A stretch of DNA of 32,000 nt from Ovoidimarina sediminis (GTDB taxonomy: Bacteria; Pseudomonadota; Alphaproteobacteria; Rhodobacterales; Rhodobacteraceae). Positions 1 through 9,463 of this stretch are shown here, in pieces (positions within the stretch are counted from its first letter, which is position 1; each line of letters begins with the position of its first letter). Below the pieces are notes generated by a model, which had not been told where the DNA came from, searched no databases, and was given only the letters and a program-made list of their open reading frames with translations. The position numbers were made by a program, and so were the translations under genes. The stretch is from assembly GCF_032586175.1 (NCBI RefSeq), contig NZ_JAWHTE010000015.1:7247-39246 (forward strand), read 5' to 3'.

Positions 1-725
1 AGGGCGCGGCCAAGGTGATCGGCGGGGCGCTGTCGGAAGAAAAGGGGATCGACGGCCAGATGATCCTCGCGTCGAACGCCGCGCACGAAGCGGGGCTGAC
101 CTCGCCCGCCGGGCTGGATGGCAAGAAATTCGGCGTGACGCAGGCCGGATCGTCCTTCCATTACATGGGGGCGAAGATCGCCGCCGCTGAGGGCGTAACG
201 CCGGAATTCGTGCCGCTTCAGAAGGTGCCCGCGGTGATCGGTGCGCTGAAATCGGGCCAGATCGACGCCTGGACAATCGTGCCCCATATCGCAAAGCCGC
301 TTGCCGGCTCGGGCGCGGTTCAGGCGATCGGAATGGTCGCCGATTACCTGCCCGATTACCAGGTGACGACTGTCTTCACCTCCACCACCAATGCCGCCGA
401 GGAACGCGCGAAGACAGAAGCCTTCCTGCGCGCCTTCTCGCGCGGGGCCGACGATTTCAACGCGGCCCTCGTCGACAAGACGGCGGGCGATGACGCGCTC
501 GAAGAGATGGTGAAGCTCATCCACCTCTACGTCTACACCGATCGCGAATATGAGAAGGCCAAGCCCTCGATCGTGAACGGGGCGATGCGGATCAACGCGA
601 ATGCCGCGCTCAACATGGCCTCGGTTCAGGATCAGGTTGACTGGTTCAAGGCCGAGGGGCTGGTGAAGGACAGCGTGACGACCGAGATGCTTGTCGATGC
701 GTCCTATGTCGAGGTGATCTCCTGA
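1..725 (+). CDS. ABC transporter periplasmic substrate-binding protein (NitT/TauT, NMT1-like family), 5'-truncated by the window edge
   Basis: The reading frame stays open upstream of the tracked GTG at 15, back to the window start. ATPase and permease genes follow immediately. Length and sequence fit sulfonate/nitrate-type binding proteins. Confidence 0.7.
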   Translation, partial: GAAKVIGGALSEEKGIDGQMILASNAAHEAGLTSPAGLDGKKFGVTQAGSSFHYMGAKIAAAEGVTPEFVPLQKVPAVIGALKSGQIDAWTIVPHIAKPLAGSGAVQAIGMVADYLPDYQVTTVFTSTTNAAEERAKTEAFLRAFSRGADDFNAALVDKTAGDDALEEMVKLIHLYVYTDREYEKAKPSIVNGAMRINANAALNMASVQDQVDWFKAEGLVKDSVTTEMLVDASYVEVIS

Positions 726-726
726 C

Positions 727-1494
727 GTGGAGCTTCGGCTCGAAGAGATCCGGCATGCCTACGGTCAGACGGAGGTTCTGGACGGGATATCGCTTGATGT
801 CCCGTCCGGCCAGATCCTGTGCCTGATCGGCCCGTCGGGCTGCGGGAAGTCGACGCTGCTCAGGATCGCGGGCGGGCTTGAGCGCCCGGTGTCGGGGCGC
901 GTCGTGCAGGTGGGTGAGCCCGAGGGATCGAGCCTGAACCCGCTGACCTACATCTTCCAGGATTTCGCGCTTCTGCCGTGGCGGAGCGTCGCGGGGAACG
1001 TGGCGCTGGTGCTCGAGGATCATGGGCTGAGCCGGGCCGAGATTGCCGAGATCACAGAGGATGTGCTCACGCGCACCGGCCTGATCGACTTCCGCGAGGC
1101 CTTTCCGAAAAGCCTGTCGGGCGGCATGAAACAGCGGGTGGCGATTGCGCGCGCCCTTGCCGTGAAACCCGCGGTCTGGCTGATGGACGAACCGCTCTCG
1201 GCGCTCGATGCCCAGACGCGGGAGCTTTTGATGGACGATCTGGTGGGGCTCTGGACGCGCGCGCCCTTCACGGCGATCTACGTGACCCACAACCTGGCCG
1301 AGGCCGTGCGGCTGGGCCACCGGATCGCCGTTCTCTCGCGGCGCCCGGGCCGCGTGCGCGAGATCGTCGAGGTCAGAACCCCGCTTGAGGCGCGTCGCAC
1401 CGCCGACCCGCAGCTTGAGGCGCATCAGCGGCGGCTCTGGTCGCTGATCCGCGATGAGGCGAAGGCTGCGGACCGGGAACTGATCGGTGGCTGA
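727..1494 (+). CDS. ABC transporter ATP-binding protein (NitT/TauT family)
   Basis: Walker A GPSGCGKST, ABC signature LSGGMKQRVAIARAL and Walker B WLMDEPLSALD are all present. It starts 2 nt after the binding-protein stop codon. Confidence 0.9.
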   Translation: MELRLEEIRHAYGQTEVLDGISLDVPSGQILCLIGPSGCGKSTLLRIAGGLERPVSGRVVQVGEPEGSSLNPLTYIFQDFALLPWRSVAGNVALVLEDHGLSRAEIAEITEDVLTRTGLIDFREAFPKSLSGGMKQRVAIARALAVKPAVWLMDEPLSALDAQTRELLMDDLVGLWTRAPFTAIYVTHNLAEAVRLGHRIAVLSRRPGRVREIVEVRTPLEARRTADPQLEAHQRRLWSLIRDEAKAADRELIGG

Positions 1495-2284
1495 GCTGCG
1501 GGGGCGGGATGTGCCGTTTCGGGGCGGCGGGTTTCGCCCGGGGCATATCCGCTACGTGGGCATCGCGGTCTTCGTCGTGCTGCTTCTTCTGATCGAGGCA
1601 GGGACGCGGGCCGGCTGGATCTCGAACCTCACGCTGCCCCGGCCAAGCGATGTGATCGGCACGCTCTGGTCGCTGGCGAAGACCGGGCTTCTCTGGGAAC
1701 ATCTGATCCCGTCGGTGGGCCGGTTCCTGGTGGGCTCGGCCATGGGGGTCGGTGCCGGGATCGCCGTGGGCGTCGCCATCGGGCTTTTCAGCCTCGCGCG
1801 CGCCGGGCTCGTGCCGCTTGTCGCCGCGATCTTTCCGATCCCGAAAATCGCGCTTCTGCCCCTCTTCGTGATCTGGTTCGGGATCGGCGAGAGTTCGAAA
1901 TACGCGCTGATCGCGCTTGGCACGTTCACGCCCACGGTCGTTGCGACCTATGGGGCTGTCGACAATGTGGACCGGGCGCTCATTCGCATGGGGCAGAGTT
2001 TCGGGCTGAGCTGGGCGTCGATCGTGCGAAAGATCGTGCTGCCCGGCGCGATGCCCGGCATCCTGTCGGGGCTGCGCGTTTCGCTTGCGATCGCGATCAT
2101 CCTGCTGACCGCGGCCGAGATGATCGGGGCCCGCTACGGGATCGGGGCCTATGTGCTCGAGGCAGGATCGCTTTACGATCTCGAGCGGCTTTTCGCCGGT
2201 GTCGCCATCCTGTCGATCATGGGTGTCATCGTAAACTGGCTGGTGGGCCGGGCAGAGGCCTATCTTCTCCGCTGGCGCGGCTAG
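1487..2284 (+). CDS. ABC transporter permease (NitT/TauT family)
   Basis: Multi-span hydrophobic protein with a BPD-transporter-like region (FGIGESSKYALIALGTFTP). Its GTG start overlaps the ATPase stop by 8 nt, consistent with translational coupling. Confidence 0.85.
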   Translation: MAELRGRDVPFRGGGFRPGHIRYVGIAVFVVLLLLIEAGTRAGWISNLTLPRPSDVIGTLWSLAKTGLLWEHLIPSVGRFLVGSAMGVGAGIAVGVAIGLFSLARAGLVPLVAAIFPIPKIALLPLFVIWFGIGESSKYALIALGTFTPTVVATYGAVDNVDRALIRMGQSFGLSWASIVRKIVLPGAMPGILSGLRVSLAIAIILLTAAEMIGARYGIGAYVLEAGSLYDLERLFAGVAILSIMGVIVNWLVGRAEAYLLRWRG

Positions 2285-2925
2285 GGGCGGCCGATTGCCT
2301 CGAAGGTCAGGCGCACCGTATGGTCCGTTGTCTCGAGGTGAAGCGAAACGCTGGAATCGGCAGCCGCAAGCGGAAGAAGGGCGAAGTGAACATTTGCGGG
2401 AGAAATCTCGGCCTCGCTCTGGGGATCATGCAGGATCGACCAAAGCTGTGACTCGGCGCGCCTGCGTTCCGCGCGCCCCTCGATCACCCAGGAGGCGCCG
2501 TCAAGCCGCGCCTCGATGACGCCGCCGAACGGCATCTCGGTTTCGAAGCATTGCAGGGCGAGGAAGGCGATCTTGACAAGCGCCCGCGGCAGATCGCCCT
2601 CGATGCGCCAGTCAAAGCGCAGCCGGCCGCTGCGTCCAAGCCCCGTGACGATATCGATAACTTCCGCGCGGGGCACCGTGGCACCTCCGGGCGCCGCGCC
2701 ATAGGCGATGCGAAACAGCCGTATGCGGGCGTTCGCATGTTCCACGCTTTCCGAAATCAGCGCGATTTCGGGCGTGGCCCCCATTCCGGACATGGATAAA
2801 AGCTCGACCCCGTTGCCAATCGCCCCAAGTGGGCTGATGAGATCATGGCAAATTCGCGATCCCAGAAGCGCGTTTAGATCCCGTTCGGTGCGACGGCGCT
2901 GGCCAGTTGCTCCATCGGCGCTCAT
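2281..2925 (-). CDS. chpT: Histidine phosphotransferase ChpT (HPTransfase domain)
   Basis: LLGSRICHDLISPLGAIGNGVELL plus ARIRLFRIAYG are hallmark ChpT motifs. I place the start at ATG 2925 (MSADGATG...). The upstream 113 codons of the tracked 327-aa ORF are antisense to the DUF3553 gene and do not look protein-like. Confidence 0.8.
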   Translation of the reverse strand: MSADGATGQRRRTERDLNALLGSRICHDLISPLGAIGNGVELLSMSGMGATPEIALISESVEHANARIRLFRIAYGAAPGGATVPRAEVIDIVTGLGRSGRLRFDWRIEGDLPRALVKIAFLALQCFETEMPFGGVIEARLDGASWVIEGRAERRRAESQLWSILHDPQSEAEISPANVHFALLPLAAADSSVSLHLETTDHTVRLTFEAIGRP

Positions 2926-2955
2926 ACCGCGCACCAGTGGGGGAAGGGGGGTGAG

Positions 2956-3138
2956 ATGACGGGAATGAACGCGCTTCTGGAACCGGGGATGCTGGTGCGC
3001 CACCCAACGGAAGAGGCATGGGGGCTCGGGCAGGTCCAGTCGAATATCGGCGGACGCATCACAATCAACTTCGAGAATGCCGGGAAAGTCGTGATAGACG
3101 GCCGTCTCATTGATCTGATCCCCGTGTATGACGCGTGA
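2956..3138 (+). CDS. DUF3553 domain-containing small protein
   Basis: LEPGMLVRHPTEEAWGLGQVQSNIGGRITINFENAGKVVIDG matches my recollection of the DUF3553 family. An alternative start is ATG 2965 (MNALLEPG). Confidence 0.7.
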   Translation: MTGMNALLEPGMLVRHPTEEAWGLGQVQSNIGGRITINFENAGKVVIDGRLIDLIPVYDA

Positions 3139-3287
3139 TACAACCACCAGCAACACGAGCCGACAATAATACAACCTAAACGATAACGCAACCCGCCACG
3201 GCACGGGGAGATTGCGCAGACAGTGTTGCGCCCGTCCCGGTGCGCCATTAGAACCAGCCCGCACTGCACGGCAGAACTGCGGGACAG

Positions 3288-4061
3288 ATGGACCGGTTCG
3301 ACCCCAACCTAGCCCTGAAATGCGCGACCACGGAGGCCGACCGGCTGGGCGCCTACCGTTTGCGCTATGACGTGTTCGTCAGCGAACTGGGCGGCGACGG
3401 CGCGCTTGTCGATCACGACCGGCGGCTGGAGATGGACCGGTTCGATCCCTTTTTCGACCAGATCATTCTTGTCGATACGCGGCGCGATCCGGCCACGCTC
3501 GATCACGTGGTGGGCGTCTACCGGGTGATGCGAGGGGAACAGGCGGCGCGGGCGGGGCAGTTCTATTCCGAGGATGAATACGACCTTGGGGTGTTGCGGG
3601 AAAGCGGGCGTTCGCTTCTGGAACTGGGGCGCTCCTGCGTGGCCGCCAGCCATCGAAACGGGGCGGCGATGCTTCAGCTCTGGCAAGGGCTTGCGGATTA
3701 TGTGCGCGATTACCGGATCGATATCCTGTTCGGCGTGGCAAGCTTTCACGGCACCGATGTCGCCTCTCTGGCAGAGCCCCTCTCGCTTCTTCACCACCGG
3801 CACCTGGCGCCCCCCGAATTGCGGGTCAGGGCGGTGGAAAGCGCCTATCAAAGGATGGATCTCGTGCCCGAGGCGGACATCGACCGTCCGGCGGCGATGC
3901 GCGCGATCCCGACGCTCATCAAATCCTACCTCAAGCTCGGTGGCTGCGTGGGGGACGGGGCGTTCATCGACTATCCGTTCAACACGATCGACGTCTGCCT
4001 GGTGATGGATACCGCGCGGCTCAGCGCCTCGGCGCAGGGCCGGTACGGGGCGGCGGGCTGA
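3288..4061 (+). CDS. olsB: Lyso-ornithine lipid synthase OlsB (GNAT-like N-acyltransferase, hemolysin-like)
   Basis: YRLRYDVFVSELGG...GVYRVM...LELGRSCV pattern typical of OlsB. It is directly coupled to an OlsA-type acyltransferase through a TGATG stop/start overlap. Confidence 0.8.
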   Translation: MDRFDPNLALKCATTEADRLGAYRLRYDVFVSELGGDGALVDHDRRLEMDRFDPFFDQIILVDTRRDPATLDHVVGVYRVMRGEQAARAGQFYSEDEYDLGVLRESGRSLLELGRSCVAASHRNGAAMLQLWQGLADYVRDYRIDILFGVASFHGTDVASLAEPLSLLHHRHLAPPELRVRAVESAYQRMDLVPEADIDRPAAMRAIPTLIKSYLKLGGCVGDGAFIDYPFNTIDVCLVMDTARLSASAQGRYGAAG

Positions 4062-4897
4062 TGCCGAGCCCGGCGACATGGCATTCCGATCCGCCCGAAA
4101 TGCCCCCGCTCGGCCCGGGGGGCTGGGCGCGGGTGGCGGGAAAGGGCACTGCGCTCGGCGCCGTGGTGTTCGGGGGGCTTCTGATCCTTCTTTTGATTCG
4201 CTTCGTCGAAAAGCCAGTGCACGGAACGCACCGGCCCTGGACGCCCTGGGTCACGCAGGGCGTGTGCCGCGCCGCCTTCCTGATCCTTGGGATCACGCAC
4301 CGCACCCACGGGGCGCGGATGTCCGAACCGGGGGCGGTGGTGGCGAACCATGCCTCCTGGCTCGATATCTTCGCGCTGAATGCCCGAAAGCGTGTGTATT
4401 TCGTTTCCAAGGCCGAGGTGGCGGGGTGGCCCGGCATCGGCTGGCTCGCACGCGCGACCGGTACGGTCTTTATCGAAAGGGTGGCGCAGAAGGCGGTGGC
4501 GCAACGCGACGTCTTCCGCACGCGGCTCACGGCCGGGCACAAGCTTCTGTTCTTCCCCGAGGGCACGTCTTCGGATGGGCTGAGGGTTCTTCCCTTCAAA
4601 TCAACGCTTTTTGCGGCGTTCTTCAGCGACGAGCTGCGCGATCTGATGCATCTGCAACCGGTAACGGTGGTCTATACCGCACCGGATGGCGCCGATCCCC
4701 GCTTCTATGGATGGTGGGGGGATATGGGGTTTGGCGAGCACCTGTTGCAGGTGCTGGGGGCCCCGCGCCATGGGGCGGTCGACATCCATTACCATGCGCC
4801 GGTGAAAGTGGGCGATTTCGCGGATCGCAAGACGCTGGCGCGCTATGCCGAAGGGCAGGTGCGCTCGGCCTTTCCCGAGGTCGCGGAACTCAGCTGA
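4061..4897 (+). CDS. olsA: Ornithine lipid O-acyltransferase OlsA (PlsC/lysophospholipid acyltransferase family)
   Basis: Acyltransferase HX4D motif NHASWLDI and FPEGTSS motif, an N-terminal membrane helix, and a position immediately after olsB. Confidence 0.8.
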   Translation: MPSPATWHSDPPEMPPLGPGGWARVAGKGTALGAVVFGGLLILLLIRFVEKPVHGTHRPWTPWVTQGVCRAAFLILGITHRTHGARMSEPGAVVANHASWLDIFALNARKRVYFVSKAEVAGWPGIGWLARATGTVFIERVAQKAVAQRDVFRTRLTAGHKLLFFPEGTSSDGLRVLPFKSTLFAAFFSDELRDLMHLQPVTVVYTAPDGADPRFYGWWGDMGFGEHLLQVLGAPRHGAVDIHYHAPVKVGDFADRKTLARYAEGQVRSAFPEVAELS

Positions 4898-5519
4898 GCC
4901 CGGCCTTCAGCGTGGCCAGCGCCTGTGCGGCATCGGGGGTGTTCCAGATCTCTTCCCCGATCGCGAAGAAATCGGTCACGTCGCGCAGCGAACGGATCGC
5001 GTCGGCATCGATCCCGCCTTCGGCGACAACCGGAACCTCGATCATCTCGCTCCACCACGCGAAAAGCTCGCGCTCCGCGAAGGTGCCGTCGCCGAGGCCC
5101 GAGGCGGTGACGGGACCGAAGCTCACGTAATCCGCGCCCTGTTCGCCTGCGGTCATCCCGTCATGGCGGGACCGGCCGCAGAAGGCGCCGACGATCGCAT
5201 CGCCGCCAAGCGCCTTGCGCGCGGCGCGGACGGAACGCGACCCATCGGTCAGGTGCACCCCGTCAAGCCCAAGCCGTTCGGCCAGCCCGATATGCGTATC
5301 GATCACGCAGGCCACGTCGGCGCGGTGGCAGACCTCGCGCACCGCGTCGGCGGCACGTGCGATCCGATCCTCGTCGCGGGTGGCAAGGGCAAGGCGCACG
5401 CAGGCAACCGCATGGGCGTCAAGCACGTCGTCAAGCCGGGCTGGAAATTCGGACAGTTCGAATTCCGGCGGCGTGACGAGGTAGATCTGCGGCGTGTCCG
5501 CCTCCTGGGCTCCGGCCAT
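4890..5519 (-). CDS. Thiamine-phosphate synthase family protein (ThiE-like)
   Basis: About 209 aa TIM-barrel-type sequence (IYLVTPP...GLDGVHL...GADYVSFGPV...) typical of the TMP-TENI/ThiE family. It overlaps olsA convergently by 8 nt. Confidence 0.7.
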   Translation of the reverse strand: MAGAQEADTPQIYLVTPPEFELSEFPARLDDVLDAHAVACVRLALATRDEDRIARAADAVREVCHRADVACVIDTHIGLAERLGLDGVHLTDGSRSVRAARKALGGDAIVGAFCGRSRHDGMTAGEQGADYVSFGPVTASGLGDGTFAERELFAWWSEMIEVPVVAEGGIDADAIRSLRDVTDFFAIGEEIWNTPDAAQALATLKAGLS

Positions 5520-5587
5520 GGCTGGCTCCTATTTCGCGCTTCCCGGGGCTATAGCCGGAAATCTTGTCCTGCGCCAAGGGGTTGCAG

Positions 5588-5917
5588 CTACTTGGGCGGC
5601 AGGGATTGCGCATGGGCCAGGGCAAGCGAAAAGACGGCGCCCCGCCGCGTGTCGTCGGCGATCAGATCGTCGGTGACGTCGACCATGCCGCCCATGGGCC
5701 GGCCCGTGAAGGTCATCGGCCCCGTTCCGGGCACGTCCTGCGCCTCTGCCTCGCGCGTCTTGCCGACGCGGTACAGGCCCCCGCCCGAATGGACGCCGCA
5801 GACCATGTTGCCGGACAGGAGGAAACAAAGGCCCCCGAACATCCTGCGCTCACTCACTCCGTCGATCCCGTCGAAATCGCCGCGCATGATTTCCGCCAGT
5901 CCCTCGTCATAGGCCAT
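5588..5917 (-). CDS. TfoX N-terminal domain-containing protein
   Basis: RRMFGGLCFLLSGNMVCGV...FTGRPMGGMV is TfoX_N-like. The start at ATG 5917 is preceded by a strong AAGGAGG Shine-Dalgarno. The rest of the tracked 364-aa ORF is a shadow of the methyltransferase gene. Confidence 0.7.
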   Translation of the reverse strand: MAYDEGLAEIMRGDFDGIDGVSERRMFGGLCFLLSGNMVCGVHSGGGLYRVGKTREAEAQDVPGTGPMTFTGRPMGGMVDVTDDLIADDTRRGAVFSLALAHAQSLPPK

Positions 5918-5992
5918 GGCCGCCTCCTTGCCTCGTGGGTGCGTGAAGCGTAACACGCCGCGACAGGCTTTCAGAGTGGTAACGGCCCCCAG

Positions 5993-6754
5993 ATGACTCA
6001 ACCCAGTTTCGTGCTCGTGCGCCCGCAGATGGGCGAGAATATCGGGGCGGCCGCGCGCGCCATGTGGAATTTCGGGCTGGATCGGATGGCTATTGTCGAT
6101 CCGCGCGACGGCTGGCCGAACCAGAAGGCGGTGGCAATGGCAAGCGGGGCAGGGCGGCTTCTGGATGCCGCGCTCCTGTCGTCCGATCTTCCGGGGGCGG
6201 TGAGGAATGCCGGTTACGTCTTCGCGACGACGGCGCGACAGCGCGGGCTGACGAAGCCCGTTTTCTCGCCCGAGGAGGCGATGGCAGAGGCTGCACGGCT
6301 CATCGCCTCGGGCACTCCGGTGTCGGTGCTGTTCGGGCCGGAACGCGCCGGGCTGGAAAACACCGATATCGCTCAGGCCAATGCGATCATCACCGTGCCC
6401 GTGAACCCGGATTTTCCCTCGCTCAACCTCGCGCAATGCGTGCTGCTGTGCGCCTATGAATGGCGGCGGGCAACGACGGAGGTGACGCCGCGCGAAACAG
6501 AGATGGCGGGCACCGACTGGGCACGGCACGAAGAGGTGGAGGCGCTGGCCGATCACTACGAACGGCGGCTTGACGAGGCGGGGTTCTTCTTCCCGCCCGA
6601 GAAGGCCGCGGGCATGAAGGTCACGCTCCGCAACCTCTGGAGCCGGATGCCGCTCACGCGCGCCGACGCGCAGATCCTGCACGGCATCCTGCGGCAGATG
6701 GTCCGCTGGAAGGAGCGCGGCTCACGGGTGGACCAGGCGGGCCCTGACGCTTAG
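5993..6754 (+). CDS. SpoU/TrmH-family RNA 2'-O-methyltransferase (TrmJ-like)
   Basis: VLVRPQMGENIGAAARAMWNFG, LFGPERAGL and SLNLAQCV are SPOUT-fold motifs. Confidence 0.8.
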   Translation: MTQPSFVLVRPQMGENIGAAARAMWNFGLDRMAIVDPRDGWPNQKAVAMASGAGRLLDAALLSSDLPGAVRNAGYVFATTARQRGLTKPVFSPEEAMAEAARLIASGTPVSVLFGPERAGLENTDIAQANAIITVPVNPDFPSLNLAQCVLLCAYEWRRATTEVTPRETEMAGTDWARHEEVEALADHYERRLDEAGFFFPPEKAAGMKVTLRNLWSRMPLTRADAQILHGILRQMVRWKERGSRVDQAGPDA

Positions 6755-6785
6755 GTAGCGGGGAACGGAAAAGGCGAGGCGATCC

Positions 6786-7925
6786 ATGGCCGAAAAACGC
6801 AGCATCTTCGAAGAGGTGGGCACCGAAAAATCCGCCGCCGCAAGGCCGGCCGGGGGCATGATCGACGCCTCGCGCGGCGGCGCGCGCGGCGCGATCCGCA
6901 TCTGGCTGATGGCGCTTTTCGCGCTGGTCGTCGTGATGATCGCGGTGGGCGGGCTGACGCGGCTGACCGATTCAGGACTTTCGATCACTGAGTGGGCGCC
7001 GATCTCGGGTGCGGTGCCGCCGATGACGGCCGCCGATTGGGAGGCCGAGTTCGAGGCCTATCGCGCGATCCCCGAATACCAGCTTCAGAACCGCGGGATG
7101 AGCCTTGAGGAGTTCAAGACGATCTACTGGTGGGAATGGGGGCATCGCCAGCTTGGCCGGGTGATCGGCCTTGTCTGGGCCGTGGGCTTCCTCGGCTTTC
7201 TCGCCACGCGCAAGATCCCAACGGGATGGACGGGGCCCCTCTTCCTGCTGGGCGGTCTTGGCGGGCTTCAGGGGGCGATCGGCTGGTGGATGGTGTCCTC
7301 CGGCCTCGGCGAGGGGATGCTCGACGTGGCAAGCTACAGGCTGGCCATACACCTCGGCCTCGCCTTCGTGATCCTGGGGCTGATTGCCTGGTACATCTTC
7401 GCGCTCGGCCGCCGGGAAACCGATCTGATGCAGGCCCGCCGGGGGCGGGAACGCAAGCTCTGGGTCACAGGCACCGGCTTCATGCATCTCGCGATGCTTC
7501 AGATCCTTCTGGGCGCGCTCGTGGCGGGGATCGATGCGGGACGGAACTATACCGACTGGCCCCTGATGGCCGGTGGCTTTCTCCCACCCCAGCCGTTTGA
7601 TTTACAGCCGGTCTGGCGCAATTTCTTCGAGGATGACGGGCTGGTCCAGTTCATGCACCGGATCGCCGGGTACATCCTCTTTCTATACGGCGTGCTCGCC
7701 TGGGCACGGGCGCGGAAATCGCCCAACCGGCGCACGCGCTTCGCCTTCAACGCGGTCTTCGCGATGCTAAGCGTTCAGGTGCTTCTGGGGATCGTCACCG
7801 TCCTTTATTCTGCCCCCTGGCATATCGCGATCGTGCACCAGGTGGGCGCCGTGGCGCTCTGGGTTCTGATCCTCAGGGCGCGGTTCCTCGCGGGTTATCC
7901 GCTCGCCCAATCCGTCCGGGGGTAG
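6786..7925 (+). CDS. ctaA: Heme A synthase (COX15/CtaA family)
   Basis: Polytopic membrane protein with LTRLTDSGLSITEW, WEWGHRQLGR and HRIAGY motifs characteristic of COX15/CtaA. Confidence 0.85.
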   Translation: MAEKRSIFEEVGTEKSAAARPAGGMIDASRGGARGAIRIWLMALFALVVVMIAVGGLTRLTDSGLSITEWAPISGAVPPMTAADWEAEFEAYRAIPEYQLQNRGMSLEEFKTIYWWEWGHRQLGRVIGLVWAVGFLGFLATRKIPTGWTGPLFLLGGLGGLQGAIGWWMVSSGLGEGMLDVASYRLAIHLGLAFVILGLIAWYIFALGRRETDLMQARRGRERKLWVTGTGFMHLAMLQILLGALVAGIDAGRNYTDWPLMAGGFLPPQPFDLQPVWRNFFEDDGLVQFMHRIAGYILFLYGVLAWARARKSPNRRTRFAFNAVFAMLSVQVLLGIVTVLYSAPWHIAIVHQVGAVALWVLILRARFLAGYPLAQSVRG

Positions 7926-7928
7926 CCG

Positions 7929-9401
7929 ATGACAGCCTATGACGACCTGATGGCGTTCCAGCGCGAGACAGAGGCGCTGGCGCAGATCGCGGGCCGCCTG
8001 TCCTGGGATCAGGAAACCATGATGCCGCCCGGCGCGGCGGTGCAACGCGCGGAAGAGATGGCGGCGATCGAAACCGTGCTGCATGCCCGCCGCACCGATC
8101 CGCGGCTGGGAGAGTGGCTGGCGGCGGCCGAGCCTGCGGATGCGGTGGCCGAAGCACAACTGCGCGAGATCCGCCGCTCCTATGACCGGCAGACCAAGGT
8201 GCCCGCGCGGCTTGCCGCCGAAATCGCGCGGATAACGAGCCTCGCGCAGGGCATCTGGGCCGAGGCGCGGGCGAACGAAGACTGGGAGGCCTTTGCACCG
8301 ACGCTTCAAACGATCGTGCGGCTGGCGCGGGAGGAAGGCGCGGCGATGGCGGACGGGGGCGATCCTTACGCCGCGCTGCTCGCGGGGTATGAGCCGGGAA
8401 CCTCGCCTGAAGAGATCGCGGCGCTATTCGATGCGCTGCGCCCGGGCCTCGTGTCGCTTCGCGAGGCGATCCTCGGGACGGAGATCACGCCCCCCGCGCT
8501 TGATCGCGAGTTCCCCGAAGAGGCACAGATCGCCCTGTCGCGCGAGGTTGCGCAGGCTTTCGGCTACAACTTCGCCCATGGCCGCATCGACAAGGCGGTG
8601 CACCCGTTTTCCTCCGGATCGGGGCTCGATGTCCGGATCACCACGCGCACCGCGCCGCATGACCCTTTCAACTGCGTCTATTCGACGATCCACGAGGTGG
8701 GGCACGCGACCTATGAACAGGCCGTCTCACGCGACTACCTGCTGACGCCCTTGGGGCAGGGCGCCTCGATGGGCGTGCATGAAAGCCAGAGCCGGATCTA
8801 CGAAAACCAGCTTGGCCGCTCCGCCCCCTTCACCGCCTGGCTGTTCGGGCGCATGCAGGCGGCCTTCGGCGGGTTCGGGGTGGAAGATGCGGAAGCCTTC
8901 TATGCCCTCGTGAACCGGGTCGAGCCCGGCTTCATCCGCACCGAGGCGGACGAGGTGCATTACAACCTCCACATCATGATGCGCTTCGATCTGGAGCGCG
9001 CCCTGATCGCGGGGGATCTGGCGGTGGCCGATCTGCCCGACGCGTGGAACGCGCGGTTTCTGGCGGATTTCGGGAAGGCGGTGGACCGGCCCTCGAACGG
9101 ATGCCTGCAGGATGTGCACTGGTCGGTCGGGCTGTTCGGCTATTTCCCGACCTATACGCTGGGCAACATCTATGCGGGCGCGCTGTATGCCGCCCTGCGG
9201 GAGGCCTGCCCCGATCTCGACACGGGCCTTGCCCGGGGCGACACGGGCGCGGCGACGGCCTGGCTGCGCGAGAACCTGCAACAGCACGGGGCGCTTCGCA
9301 CGCCCGCCGAAACGATCCGCGCGGCAACGGGCCAAGCGCCGCAGGTGGGGCCGCTTCTGGGATATCTCGGTGAGAAATTCGGGGCGCTCTATCGGCTCTG
9401 A
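7929..9401 (+). CDS. Carboxypeptidase M32 (Taq-type metallocarboxypeptidase)
   Basis: HEVGHATYEQ zinc motif (HEXXH), HESQSR and DEVHYNLHIMMRF motifs. It starts 3 nt after the ctaA stop. Confidence 0.9.
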   Translation: MTAYDDLMAFQRETEALAQIAGRLSWDQETMMPPGAAVQRAEEMAAIETVLHARRTDPRLGEWLAAAEPADAVAEAQLREIRRSYDRQTKVPARLAAEIARITSLAQGIWAEARANEDWEAFAPTLQTIVRLAREEGAAMADGGDPYAALLAGYEPGTSPEEIAALFDALRPGLVSLREAILGTEITPPALDREFPEEAQIALSREVAQAFGYNFAHGRIDKAVHPFSSGSGLDVRITTRTAPHDPFNCVYSTIHEVGHATYEQAVSRDYLLTPLGQGASMGVHESQSRIYENQLGRSAPFTAWLFGRMQAAFGGFGVEDAEAFYALVNRVEPGFIRTEADEVHYNLHIMMRFDLERALIAGDLAVADLPDAWNARFLADFGKAVDRPSNGCLQDVHWSVGLFGYFPTYTLGNIYAGALYAALREACPDLDTGLARGDTGAATAWLRENLQQHGALRTPAETIRAATGQAPQVGPLLGYLGEKFGALYRL

Positions 9402-9463
9402 CCTTGGCCTTTGCGTTACGCTCACGCTAAATGGCTGCCAAACCACAGGATCGCAGGGACGCC

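Noticed and set aside
2926-3264. N-terminal 113-codon extension of the chpT ORF, and the 115-aa ORF at 2922-3269
   Set aside because: The extension is antisense to the well-recognisable DUF3553 gene and has a non-protein-like sequence. ChpT homology begins right after ATG 2925.
5918-6682. Upstream 255 codons of the tracked 364-aa ORF containing the TfoX-N protein
   Set aside because: Antisense to the SpoU/TrmH methyltransferase gene. The TfoX domain is complete from ATG 5917, which has an AAGGAGG Shine-Dalgarno.
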